A stretch of DNA of 64,000 nt from Bacillota bacterium (lineage in GTDB: Bacteria > Bacillota > DTU025). The notes below the pieces were generated by a model. That model did no database searches. It was not told the origin of the DNA and saw only the letters and a list, made by a program, of their open reading frames with translations. The position numbers and the translations under genes were made by a program. Shown one piece after another: positions 9,793 to 19,924 of the stretch. The DNA is taken from NCBI GenBank assembly GCA_050951805.1, contig JBMNJT010000002.1:192001-256000 (forward strand), written 5' to 3'. Position 1 is the stretch's first letter. Every line of letters starts with the position of its first letter.

Positions 9793-9855
9793 ATCTCTCC
9801 TGTAAAGCCTGCATACAATGTAACTTTTACGATTAAGTAGATGTAGGGGGTCCCA

Positions 9856-12800
9856 ATGAGAAATCCTGACTTTCATCATGCGATGTCACGCCGGTACAAG
9901 ATGCTCGTTTTCGATTGGGACGGAACAGCGGTCACCTCCCGGCGGGGCCCTGTCGATCATCTCATATGGAGAACAGAGGCCTTGCTTGGCAGGGGCGTGT
10001 GGTTGGCTGCCGTCACAGGAACAAATTTCGTCAACCTTAACAGGCAGTTCTTTTCCCTTCTTAATCCGAAGGTGAAGACGAATCTGCTGGCGTGCGTGAA
10101 CAGAGGAGCAGAGGTATACGGCTTTGATTCTGAGGGACGCCCTGTTAGGCTATGGGCCCGGGAGGCAACGTGTGCGGAGAATACAATGATGGACCAGGCG
10201 GTCACCATGGCGCAGCGTGTTTTGAGAGAGCAGTACGGCCTTGCAACACGGATTATCTCCGACAGGATGAACAGGCGCAAGCTTGACATAATGCCCTTTC
10301 CCGAATGGGAAGACCCTCCGAAGGAGCGGATTGGGGAGCTTCTCGATGAAACCCAGGGGCGCTTGAGGATTGCAGGCCTTGAGGGAATCGAGTCGGTGAT
10401 AGACCTGGTGGGCCGTTGCTCTGAAGAGGTTGGGCTCGATGGCAGGATAACGAGTGATGTGAAACATGTCGAGCTTGGGCTCACAGACAAGGCTGATTCC
10501 GTAGATTACCTGGTCGAAGAGGTCGCAAAGACGCATGGCATAGAGGTGTCGGAGATTCTTTTCATAGGAGACGAATTCGGATCAATCGGCGGATGCACCG
10601 GCAGCGATTCGAAGATGATTACCCCCCAAACAGAATCGGCGAGTTTCATCAGCGTGGGACAGGAGCCGGAGGGCGTTCCGCCTGCCGTCTGTCACATGGG
10701 AGGCGGGATCGAGTCGTTCGCGAAGATACTCGAGGCCCAGATCGAGATGTGGAGGGACGATGAGGAGAACATGTTTGGTCGAGATAGACTCACAGACAGC
10801 CTGCTGCTTCTGCCTGCAGAGGACAATTGGGTCGCTTACGAGACATGCTGCGATGCCGAGACTGCTGCATCGTATGAGACGCTGTTTGCATTGACCAACG
10901 GTTATCTAAGTGTGAGGGGTGCCCATGAAGACGGTCTGTATCGGGGTAACGCGGGATCGTTTGTCGCAGGGGTCTTCGACAAGTCTTCGGGACCGTACGA
11001 TGTGACGGAACTTGTCGTGATTCAGGATCCTCTGCCCGTGGAGATTGTAGTGGACGGCGAGAGGGTCGGGAATGAAGGGGTCAGGGATTACCGCCGGGAA
11101 CTGGATATGCGCGGCGGGCTCCTGCGCCGTTTTTACAGATGGAGCGATGGCGCTGGACGGGTAGTGAGGGTAGAGAGTGAACGCTTTGTATCCTCCGTGG
11201 ATGAGCACTTGCTCTGTGCGAGGCTCTCCGTGACCATGGAGCGGGGGTCGGGGAGGGTATTGCTCCGATCCCGCCTGGACGGAAATGTATCCAATTCAGG
11301 CGCGGTTCACCTGAAGGTAGATTCAGTTGAGGCCCGGGGCGATGGAACGGCGGAGGTATGCACGGTGACTATGGAGTCGCAAGCAGGCATAGCCATGGCT
11401 TGCGCCCAGCAAGCAAGCTTCGTTGAGGCTCCGGGCAAAGCCCGTGGTGAGCCCGATGAGGCGCTTGGAACCCCCGTTTATCCCCGGCCTTTCTCAGGTG
11501 AGTCCGCCGCTGGCCACGATTTTGAGGTTCGGCTAGCAAAAGGTGATTCCATCGAAATTTGCAAGTTTGTAGCTGTGCATACCTCACGGGATGTGGCGTG
11601 GCGTGCCTGCAAAGCGCCGCCTGCGATGGATCAGTTGAGGACGGCAGCGCAGGCGAGTGTGGAGCAGGCTGCATCCCGCGGGTTTTCGGGGTGCAGACTA
11701 GAGCATCTGGAGGAATGGCGCAGACAGTGGGAACGCTGTGATATCCGTGTGGACGGACCGGATCGGGACCAGATGGCTGTGAGGTTTGCCGTGTATCACC
11801 TGGCGGCGATGGGGCCTCAGAGCGATGACAGGGTGAGCATTGCCGCCAAAGGGATCCATGGCGAAGGCTACAAGGGCCACGTCTTCTGGGATACAGAGAT
11901 CTTCATTCTTCCGTTCTATGTAGCCCAATTTCCCGATGTGGCCCGCCGGCTTCTAATGTACAGGTATCACACACTGCCCGGGGCCCGGCGAAAAGCTCGG
12001 GAGAAAGGGTATCGAGGGGCCATGTACGCCTGGGAAAGCGCAGATTCCGGCGATGAGACTACCCCGAAGTGGTCAGCCCCACATCCGGGGACAGGGGAGA
12101 GAGTTCGGATTTGGTGCGGAGAACTGGAGGACCATATCACCGCGGATGTGGCATATGCGGTATGGAATTACTGTCGATGGACCGGGGATCGGGGTTTCAT
12201 GAAGGAGCACGGGATGGAGATGATTGTGGAGGCCGCTCGGTTCTGGGCGAGCCGCGCCCAGTGGAATGAGGAGAAAAGCAGATACGAGATACTAGGTGTG
12301 ATCGGCCCGGACGAATTCCATGAGCACGTTAACAACAACGCCTTCACCAATTACATGGCTAGATGGACATTGCTTGCAGCTTTCCGGCTTGCCGAGGATT
12401 TTCCGATAAAGTGGGAAGCGCTACTTCGCCGACTCGGCATTAGCGAGGCCGAACTGGACGAGATGAGGAGAGTGACCAACCTTCTTTACCTTCCATTGCC
12501 GGATCCGGTTTCAGGAGTGATAGAGCAGTCTGAAGGATATCATGGTCTTGAGGACGTGGACTTAGCGGAACTGAAGGCAATTGCTGAGGATTCTGGAAAG
12601 TCCGTGGAAGAGAACTTTGGGCGCGAAAGGCTTATAGGGAGCAAGCTGATCAAACAGGCTGATGTGGTAATGCTGGGTCGCCTCTTGCCGGGCCTGTTCG
12701 GTGAGGATATTTGGAAGGCAAACTGGGACTACTACGAACCGCGAACCACTCACCTGTCGTCGCTCAGCGCGTCCGTCCATTCGACGTTTGCGTCGCATCT

Positions 12801-13233
12801 GGGCTTGCCTGAGGAGGCATATGCATACTTCGAGCGGTGCATCTCCATTGAGCTTGAGGATGAGAAGCGAAACCTTGAGGACGGGATACATGCTGCGAAC
12901 CTTGGGGGAATATGGCAGGCAGTAGTGCGCGGGTTTGCGGGGATACAGTTGCTGGATCCAGCTAGCCAGGATGGGTCCTGTTGTGGGCGCGGGAAAGAGG
13001 CTGACCCGGTCATATCCATCAATCCGCGTCTCCCGAAGACTTGGGACAGGTTGGAGATTCCGCTGGCGTGCCGGGGCAGGCACCTACGGGCGGTCATTAC
13101 TCCCTATCGCGCCGCTTTCGCCAATGAGACGCAGGATGCCGAGGCAGACGGGGGCGGGTCGGTGATCATTGAATGCGTCGGACAGAGGAAGCGGATCGCA
13201 CCGGGACAGAGCACCGAATTTGTCCTCGACTGA
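9856..13233 (+). CDS. HAD-IIB domain fused to a GH65 glycoside phosphorylase (kojibiose/trehalose phosphorylase-like)
   Basis: N-terminal 'FDWDGT', 'VTGT', 'DK', 'GDEF..G.D'. GH65 motifs 'NGYL', 'GYKGHVFWDTE', 'GPDEFHE', 'KQADVV', 'HLSSLS'. Confidence 0.88.
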   Translation: MRNPDFHHAMSRRYKMLVFDWDGTAVTSRRGPVDHLIWRTEALLGRGVWLAAVTGTNFVNLNRQFFSLLNPKVKTNLLACVNRGAEVYGFDSEGRPVRLWAREATCAENTMMDQAVTMAQRVLREQYGLATRIISDRMNRRKLDIMPFPEWEDPPKERIGELLDETQGRLRIAGLEGIESVIDLVGRCSEEVGLDGRITSDVKHVELGLTDKADSVDYLVEEVAKTHGIEVSEILFIGDEFGSIGGCTGSDSKMITPQTESASFISVGQEPEGVPPAVCHMGGGIESFAKILEAQIEMWRDDEENMFGRDRLTDSLLLLPAEDNWVAYETCCDAETAASYETLFALTNGYLSVRGAHEDGLYRGNAGSFVAGVFDKSSGPYDVTELVVIQDPLPVEIVVDGERVGNEGVRDYRRELDMRGGLLRRFYRWSDGAGRVVRVESERFVSSVDEHLLCARLSVTMERGSGRVLLRSRLDGNVSNSGAVHLKVDSVEARGDGTAEVCTVTMESQAGIAMACAQQASFVEAPGKARGEPDEALGTPVYPRPFSGESAAGHDFEVRLAKGDSIEICKFVAVHTSRDVAWRACKAPPAMDQLRTAAQASVEQAASRGFSGCRLEHLEEWRRQWERCDIRVDGPDRDQMAVRFAVYHLAAMGPQSDDRVSIAAKGIHGEGYKGHVFWDTEIFILPFYVAQFPDVARRLLMYRYHTLPGARRKAREKGYRGAMYAWESADSGDETTPKWSAPHPGTGERVRIWCGELEDHITADVAYAVWNYCRWTGDRGFMKEHGMEMIVEAARFWASRAQWNEEKSRYEILGVIGPDEFHEHVNNNAFTNYMARWTLLAAFRLAEDFPIKWEALLRRLGISEAELDEMRRVTNLLYLPLPDPVSGVIEQSEGYHGLEDVDLAELKAIAEDSGKSVEENFGRERLIGSKLIKQADVVMLGRLLPGLFGEDIWKANWDYYEPRTTHLSSLSASVHSTFASHLGLPEEAYAYFERCISIELEDEKRNLEDGIHAANLGGIWQAVVRGFAGIQLLDPASQDGSCCGRGKEADPVISINPRLPKTWDRLEIPLACRGRHLRAVITPYRAAFANETQDAEADGGGSVIIECVGQRKRIAPGQSTEFVLD

Positions 13234-13399
13234 ACGTCAGTTGAGCGAAGGCAGACAAGTCTATGCTATCCAAACTTTTGCACTTTCAAAAACAATGCCT
13301 AACTCACCGGTTGCGGATGTTGGGTTGGTTGACCACGGAGACTTTTGCAAGATCTCTCTGCCTTCGGCAAGGAACCCTTGGCAACATATATACAACTGA

Positions 13400-13900
13400 A
13401 ACTTCGAATTGACGAGGGCCCGGCGTGACGGAAGCGCCAGCCCGCGTTCGAGAACCCATTGCTGCGCCTCTGGAGATGTCAGCAACTCCAGCACTTTGAA
13501 AGCCTCGTCTTTATGCTTAGAGGCTGCGTTCATCGACCAAGACACTGTGAAAGTGAGGTTGCCGCGCTGGCCTGTTCCCGGGTATTTAGGCAGCAAAGTG
13601 GCACCGTAATTGAGGTTTGGGGATTCATCGCGGAGGAAGCCTACGATCCATGCTCCCTCAAAACAGCAGGCTACTTTCTCGACCGCCAGGGCCCCGCCGC
13701 CCCATCCTTGGCCGATATCTGCCGGCATTACACCGATGCCCTTTGCAGCAAGACCTGTATACCAGTTGAAAGCGTCGCGGAACTCCTTGCTGAGAATATC
13801 GGTTTTGCCGTTCTTGTCGAAGCTCCTGAAGCCGGTGGCGTATGCGAACGCGCCCATTCTTGCGAATTCAGGCGACAGGCAAACACCGTACACTCCCGGG
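13400..13900 (-). pseudogene. Internal fragment of a sugar ABC substrate-binding protein
   Basis: 'EGAWIVGFL', 'FTVSWSMN', 'TSPEAQQW', 'LPSR'. Signal peptide and C-terminus are missing. Confidence 0.75.
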
Positions 13901-13914
13901 AAGGCTGCCTGGCA

Positions 13915-14497
13915 CGCCCATGGCCATGAGGTCTGATGCCGCGAATACAGCGGTCATGTCCGGAGACCTGTCTATCATGGAAAGGAAGGCCTTTTTGCCT
14001 CCTTTGGCCGTGAAGTCGGCCTCGGCAACTAGCGAGGGATCGAATGGAATCTCCAGATCGTCCAGGGCGTTCCTGTAGCCTTGGAGCCGCTCGAGGCTGA
14101 CAGAGGCTTGTTTGTATCCATTGACGATACCGATCCTTCTGTGGCCTAGATCTGCCAGGTGCCTGATGGCGGAATGGACCGCTGACAGGTTGTCGCATCC
14201 CACTGAGAACGTCATGTCTCCGGCTAAGGGCATATCGATGGTGACTATCGGAATTGTCGATGTTGTAAGGTCTGCGAGCCATGGATCATCGGTGCGGAGT
14301 CCCATCAGAAATGCGCCCTCTACCATTCGTCGCCTGCAGAGGTCGAGGTAAGAAGAGTTCGTTGAGTCGGGCGGACGGTTCGCCTTGAACACCATCATGT
14401 CGTATCCTTCCTCGGCTTGTGCCGATGAATTCGGCACATCAGACAATAGATGCCGAAAAAACTGACCTGACGCCGTTTTCTTGGCCACTTGAGCCAT
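13915..14497 (-). pseudogene. Truncated LacI-family regulator
   Basis: Sensor domain 'DN..A..HL..LGHRRI', 'ERLQGY', 'AVFAASDLMAMG'. HTH is reduced to 'QVAKK' and the C-terminus is lost. Confidence 0.75.
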
Positions 14498-14526
14498 TAA
14501 CCCCGTGCAGAGCGCACTAGTTTCAA

Positions 14527-14543
14527 TGCATATTCGTTTTCCA
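14527..14543. promoter_or_regulatory. Possible LacI-type operator
   Basis: TGGAAAACGAATATGCA on the minus strand, just upstream of the LacI remnant. One good half-site. Confidence 0.3.
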
Positions 14544-14597
14544 ACGTCCGGATTGACCAGCTCGTGTTCGTGCCCCTGAACAGCGGCAACGCAGCAG

Positions 14598-15941
14598 CTA
14601 AGTCCTACGACTGGACAAAAAGTTGTCATCATCCGGATCTTGCAGGTAGACGCGGTCGAACGCACGACTTTTCTGTGCCAGCTCAAACTGGCTATATGCG
14701 GCCTTTCTGCAGTCAGGGCATGCCTGCCACGGCACGAGCATCGCGGCAATCTGGGCGGTTCTTCCGGTAGAGGCATGAAGCGCATGAGAGAAGACGGCTC
14801 TCCACCCGCTGCATGAGGGGCACAGCCTTATCTGCTCGCGTTGCTGTTCGACTATGTTGTCGGTGTCGTAGTAGATGCGGCGGCCGCGTTCGAAATACTC
14901 TCCTTTGCCAAAGATCGCGCCGATGTCGGCCTCTTCTCGGTCAGCCCACATCTCCTGCAATGTGCCTGTGAGGCGGTGAATCTCTTCAGTTACCCGCTGC
15001 GGCTGCCTCGCGATTTCGGGATCCCAGTCGGGCTCGCGTACGGCTGAGTAATCGAGGCCCGCCAGAGCCAGCAGAATTCCGACGTTCACGTATGGCAGTG
15101 CGCCTTCGATGGAGTATCCTCCTTCAAGCACTACGATATCCGGGGCCAAGAGATCGGTGAGCCGGGCATAGCCGAAGGCGGTGAAGTTCATATTGGTCAA
15201 CGGATCGGTATAGTGGTTGTCCTGCCCTGCGGCGTTGACGATCACGTCCGGCTCGAAGTCCTTGAGTATGGGAAGAACCAGGTTCTCGAGGACATACAGT
15301 ATTCCCTCGTCCCCGGTTCCGGGAGGCAGGGGCACGTTCACCGTCATGCCGTAGGCTCGAGGGCCGCCTCTTTCGTCGATGAACCCGGTGCCGGGGTAGA
15401 GGGTTCGTCCATCCTGATGCAAGCAGATATGGAGAACGCCTGGGTCGTTGTAGTAGATGTCTTGCGTGCCGTCGGCGTGGTGGGCGTCGGTGTCGACTAT
15501 GGCGATGCGCATCTTGGGGCCATGGGTGCGGCGTATGTGCTCTACCATTATGGCTTCGTTATTGATGTTGCAGAATCCCCGTGAGCCGTGGACGATTCTC
15601 ATGGCATGGTGCCCTGGCGGTCGCACTAGCGCAAAGGCACGATCCACCTCTCCCCTCAGCACTAGGTCGGCTGCGAGCATGGCGCCGCCTGCAGCGATTC
15701 TGTGGGACTCAGTTATCACCCGGTTCACAGTTGGGACACACACATGCGCCCGCAGAATATCGGTATCTGTCGCGATCGCAGGACGGTATTCTTCCACTCC
15801 GGGCACATCCAGGAGGCCCTCTTCGATGATCTGGTCGCGGGTATAGAGGAGTCGCTCCTCGCGTTCGGGATGGTCCGGAGTTATTGCCCAGTCGAAGGCG
15901 GGGAAGAAGATCAGTCCTACACGAGTTTTGCGCTGTTCCAT
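14598..15941 (-). CDS. Histone deacetylase family protein
   Basis: 'HPE', 'RPPGHHA', 'GFC', 'DAHH.DGT', 'LEGGY'; C-terminal CxxC...CxxC. Confidence 0.92.
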   Translation of the reverse strand: MEQRKTRVGLIFFPAFDWAITPDHPEREERLLYTRDQIIEEGLLDVPGVEEYRPAIATDTDILRAHVCVPTVNRVITESHRIAAGGAMLAADLVLRGEVDRAFALVRPPGHHAMRIVHGSRGFCNINNEAIMVEHIRRTHGPKMRIAIVDTDAHHADGTQDIYYNDPGVLHICLHQDGRTLYPGTGFIDERGGPRAYGMTVNVPLPPGTGDEGILYVLENLVLPILKDFEPDVIVNAAGQDNHYTDPLTNMNFTAFGYARLTDLLAPDIVVLEGGYSIEGALPYVNVGILLALAGLDYSAVREPDWDPEIARQPQRVTEEIHRLTGTLQEMWADREEADIGAIFGKGEYFERGRRIYYDTDNIVEQQREQIRLCPSCSGWRAVFSHALHASTGRTAQIAAMLVPWQACPDCRKAAYSQFELAQKSRAFDRVYLQDPDDDNFLSSRRT

Positions 15942-15943
15942 TT

Positions 15944-17704
15944 CTAAACATCCTCCTTCGACTGATCAGGTCCTTCGACGCCTGAGGTTTCAGCTGCTTT
16001 GATGCGCCTAACTTGTGGCCGCACCTGCGCTTTTATGGAGTATATGTGGCCTGCGGTGTAGAAGCCGCGCACGACATTGAAGCTTTCCTCTTCGACGATG
16101 GAAACGCCCTGCGAAGCCTCTACGCCGATCTCTTCGGCGAACCGACAGGCCCATGCGATGGCTTCGGAGCGGGCCTGTTTGATATCGAATGTTGTCGGGC
16201 GCTTTATGCGTTCCACATGGTCGGCTTCAGGAACGGTAAGTACGCCTAGCATTGTGTCGGCATGAAGCGTGATTGCCGCAGTGGGCCGGCTCGCTGCGGC
16301 GCCAACGGCATTAGCCTCTTCGTAGTACGGCAGAATCTCCCATGATATCCCAAGGCGGTCGGCCGCGGGCGGGATGAAAACAGGCGCCGGTGCGCCGAGC
16401 CCTATCAGCACGGCGGGGCGAATATCGGGGGGCGCAAGTATCTCCGAGACGGTATATGCCGGCATCGACTCGAGATGGGCATAAACAGCCCCGATCTCAT
16501 CTGCCAGCTGGCGGGTGAATGCATCGAGCACTGCCTTTGCCACCGACGAAGCATCCATGCCATATGGTGCGCCCAATTGCGCCATGGCCCTGGTGGCGAG
16601 CTCGCGGCTTCCAAGGGACGAAAGCCCCGCTGCTACCGCTGCATCAGTAGGGGTAGGCTTCGAGCCGCCGCGAACGACCGGAACTCCCGCACGCCGCGGA
16701 CCAACATGGAAAGTGGGAGCTCCATTCACGAGGCGGACATGGATGGAGCTATCGCCTCCGAGTCCGATTGAACGGGAAAAGAGCGCCGGGACCAACGTCT
16801 TGTGGCCGGATATCTCCGCTCCGTAGCGGTCGTATATCGGTTCTCCAGCCACCTGTACGGAGATATCGGTGGTGGTTCCTCCTATGTCGACTATCACCGC
16901 GTTTGCGCCCGGGTGACGCGTGAGCGCTTTGGCCCCCATTGTGCTGGCTGCCGGGCCTGAAAGGATGGTTTCTATGGGGCGGATCATCGATTCTTTGAGC
17001 CGCATAGTGCCGCCGTCTGCCTTGAGAATGAAGACGCGCTCCACCTCGTCTCCTGTTATGAGGTTTTGTACCATCTCTGCAAAGAGGGATTGTTGCCGGG
17101 CTATGCTGGCGTTGAGGTATGCCGTGGCAAGCCGGCGGGGGAAATTGGGGCGTCCGGAGAGCCTGTGGCCTAAAGTTGCAGGAGAGTATTGCGGAAATTC
17201 GGCTATAACTTCCTGTTCTATCTGGAGCTCGTGGGCGGGGTTGCGGTGAGAAAACTTGCCCACAATGGCCAGTGCCTTTGCGCCGTCATCGCACGCAGCT
17301 TTCAGTGTGGACATGGCGGCAGAGACGTCCACGGGCGCCACTTCGCGTCCTCTGTGATCGATATACCCGGAAAGCGCGTGGACAGGGAAGCCGAGCCCCA
17401 TATCGTCAAAGGACATTCCCGGGCCCGGCGCGGCCAGGACGACAGTGGGATCTCCTCGTCCCTCTATGATGGCGTTGGTGGACAGCGTGGTACTGAGGTG
17501 CAGCTCAATCGGGCTAGTGCCGTCGTGCGCCTCCACCACCTGCCTATATGCGATTTGTGCGCCCTCCAGGAGATTATCGGGATTAGTGGGCGCTTTTGCG
17601 GCTGCAATCACATCTTCATCCCTTACCAGGACAGCGTCTGTGTTGGTGCCTCCCACGTCAATGCCTACAATGTCGCAACGATTCCTCAAATTGCCCACTC
17701 CCAT
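15944..17704 (-). CDS. Hydantoinase A/oxoprolinase family protein
   Basis: 'GIDVGGTNTD', 'STTLSTN', 'SGPAAS', 'DIGGTTTD', 'PTPTDA', 'ANAVGAA'. Confidence 0.9.
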   Translation of the reverse strand: MGVGNLRNRCDIVGIDVGGTNTDAVLVRDEDVIAAAKAPTNPDNLLEGAQIAYRQVVEAHDGTSPIELHLSTTLSTNAIIEGRGDPTVVLAAPGPGMSFDDMGLGFPVHALSGYIDHRGREVAPVDVSAAMSTLKAACDDGAKALAIVGKFSHRNPAHELQIEQEVIAEFPQYSPATLGHRLSGRPNFPRRLATAYLNASIARQQSLFAEMVQNLITGDEVERVFILKADGGTMRLKESMIRPIETILSGPAASTMGAKALTRHPGANAVIVDIGGTTTDISVQVAGEPIYDRYGAEISGHKTLVPALFSRSIGLGGDSSIHVRLVNGAPTFHVGPRRAGVPVVRGGSKPTPTDAAVAAGLSSLGSRELATRAMAQLGAPYGMDASSVAKAVLDAFTRQLADEIGAVYAHLESMPAYTVSEILAPPDIRPAVLIGLGAPAPVFIPPAADRLGISWEILPYYEEANAVGAAASRPTAAITLHADTMLGVLTVPEADHVERIKRPTTFDIKQARSEAIAWACRFAEEIGVEASQGVSIVEEESFNVVRGFYTAGHIYSIKAQVRPQVRRIKAAETSGVEGPDQSKEDV

Positions 17705-17900
17705 GAAAGACTCAGTCTCTACTTTACTTCTATTATCTTCTTCAAAGCCGCCTGATTTGCCTGCCCGGGAGAAAAGTGGGGTGGAGCATATGGCGTCATG
17801 GGCGAGTGCAGGGTAGAATAAGACTTATGAATCGTGGTATGCAGCATCTGCAGGCACTGATAGAATATTGACATGCTGGACAGCATGGGGAGGAATGAAT

Positions 17901-18575
17901 ATGCAGAAGCTTTACAGCGGCAAGACCAAGGACGTATACCTTGCTGATGACGGCAATGTTCTGCTTTATTTCAAGGACAGCGTTACAGGTGTAGGGGATA
18001 AGATAGATTCCGGCGCCAACGAAGTCATAGGCGAAGTGGCGGGAAAAGGACACTCGTCCTTCAGTTTGACGCTGATGTTTTTCGATCTACTTCATAAGGC
18101 GGGAATACCTACGCACTTCATTAGCGTGGGGCCGGAAGACAACACGATGCTGGTGAAGCGAGCCCGGTCCTTGAATCTCGAGGTAATCTGCAGGAAGAAG
18201 GCATGGGGAAGCTTTGTCCGGCGCTACGGGGCGTATGTTTGCGAAGGGCAACCGCTTCCGTCTCTTGTGGAGTTCACGTTGAAGGACGATGATCGCGGGG
18301 ACCCCCTCATAACTGAGGATGCCCTAGTCGCTCTCAACATAGCCTCCAGGCAAGATATAGACTACATGAAGGAGACAGCCCGCAGGGCGACAGATCTGAT
18401 CTCGGGGTATTTGGCCGACCGCGGCTTGGAGCTGATTGACATCAAATACGAATTCGGCGTCATCGACGGAAAGACCATGATTATAGATGAAGTTTCCGGT
18501 GACAGCATGCGGGTTGTAAAAGACGGAAAGGTCTTGCTCCAGAACGAGCTGTATGAGGCTCTCCTTGGACGATAG
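17901..18575 (+). CDS. purC: SAICAR synthetase
   Basis: 'YSGKTKDVY', 'LEVICR..A.GS', 'EFTLKDD...DP', 'DIKYEFG', 'DEVSGDSMR'. Confidence 0.93.
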   Translation: MQKLYSGKTKDVYLADDGNVLLYFKDSVTGVGDKIDSGANEVIGEVAGKGHSSFSLTLMFFDLLHKAGIPTHFISVGPEDNTMLVKRARSLNLEVICRKKAWGSFVRRYGAYVCEGQPLPSLVEFTLKDDDRGDPLITEDALVALNIASRQDIDYMKETARRATDLISGYLADRGLELIDIKYEFGVIDGKTMIIDEVSGDSMRVVKDGKVLLQNELYEALLGR

Positions 18576-18759
18576 CCCATGGCCGTGGACAGTCGAGCGG
18601 GGCCGGTTGGAGGCCGATTCGGCGAAGGCTGGATCAGGAGCTACAGGCAGGGCAATTCGCGCATACATCTACTGGCAGATGAGTGCAGTGATATGTCTGG
18701 AATCCACTAACATGAAATGTCATGTAGAGTGGATTCGCCCATGGGCCCCCGCCCGACTG

Positions 18760-18969
18760 CTATTGCCAATTAGCGGCATTTGCGACATCCTTCAGTGCAC
18801 CTTCCTTGGAATTGGCGCAGGGAACAGGTACCTGGGGGGCACACGGAGGATACATCTGGGAAAACTCGGTCGTAACTGCGATTGCAACTATGAATGAGCC
18901 GACTGCCGTTATCCAGCCGCCTATGACGCGCACGAAAAAAAGGGATTTTGCTGTATCCGATGACCCCAT
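18760..18969 (-). CDS. Small single-TM protein, paralog 1
   Basis: GAGGAGG RBS; 'RVIGGWITAVGSFIVAIAVTTEF' shared with the paralog. Confidence 0.65.
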   Translation of the reverse strand: MGSSDTAKSLFFVRVIGGWITAVGSFIVAIAVTTEFSQMYPPCAPQVPVPCANSKEGALKDVANAANWQ

Positions 18970-19340
18970 ATGAGAGTCCTCCTCGAGAGCTCTTTTGCTC
19001 TGTTTGTTAGGGGCAGATATGTTTGGCGCAGGAAGGAATCTGGTTTACTTTGCTGTCCCCAAAGACTGTTTTCGAGGCGGCAGCCAGCTTATCCGTGCCG
19101 CCATTTGGGATGAGCTGAAATCCCAAGGTTTTTGACGCGCCCAGTCTCAGCTTCCTTACCTATTTGACCTGCCTTCATCTCGTCTCGATTAGTGCCAAAC
19201 ACCAGTATCAATGAATGGGCTTCCAGAATGTGGCGGTATAATCCCTTCGCCCTTCATTCAGTATGGGCCTTGTCCCGGCACACTTCGAATGTGCCGACTG
19301 CACTATTTCCCCGGTGGAAAAGTGGGCTAGTGGCGTAGGG

Positions 19341-19529
19341 CTAATCAGTGCCAGCGCGCTTGACTTCAATCACATACCGTCCTGAAGGATCAGGATCATG
19401 CTTCGAACAGTCATCTTGGAAGAATTCCAGCGTTACGGCGACAGCCACGATGAACGAGCCAACGGCGAGAATCCAGCCGCCTATCACTCTCAGGAGCGCG
19501 AGTGTAGACTTGCAGCTGTTTGACTTCAT
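19341..19529 (-). CDS. Small single-TM protein, paralog 2
   Basis: GGGAGG RBS; 'RVIGGWILAVGSFIVAVAVTLEF'. Confidence 0.65.
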   Translation of the reverse strand: MKSNSCKSTLALLRVIGGWILAVGSFIVAVAVTLEFFQDDCSKHDPDPSGRYVIEVKRAGTD

Positions 19530-19758
19530 GTAAAGTGGCCTCCCCCCAATGCTTTCGCCAAGACTGCCGGCGCTGTCGCCTTCACCTTGCATGTACCTTA
19601 TACGCAAGCCATGGTTCAAGTGTGTTCGCCTTTCGGCCCTTCAGACTCTCTACCGCGGGTGGAGCCCGGAAGATGAGTGGCGTCGGAACGGCTCGGAATA
19701 TCTTTCAAGTGAATCCATCAAGATGCAGGTCTGCGTATTCTCGCCGCAAATATCGGTG

Positions 19759-19806
19759 TTGACCTGGGAACCGGCGGCGTATATAGTGTGTATAGACGAT
19801 ATACAC
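19759..19806 (+). promoter_or_regulatory. SigA promoter with YtrA-type operator
   Basis: TTGACC-N17-TATAGT followed by the perfect palindrome GTGTATA-GACGA-TATACAC (19788-19806). Confidence 0.75.
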
Positions 19807-19924
19807 GTATTTGCCCGGTCGGCGTGCAGGTGATGCGCAGGAGAGCCATAGTTGCATTCGGGTGATGCGGCAGACGTTTCTGGCGCCTGCAGTGCGCGAT
19901 TCGGGACGGTTAGGTTGGGATGAC

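Noticed and set aside
9812-9819. CATACAAT as a sporulation SigE -10 for GH65
   Set aside because: The same octamer occurs at 27782 with no downstream plus-strand gene, so chance cannot be excluded.
18970-19340. Possible gene between the two small paralogs
   Set aside because: Hand translation of the minus-strand frames gave only short open stretches with no recognisable motif.
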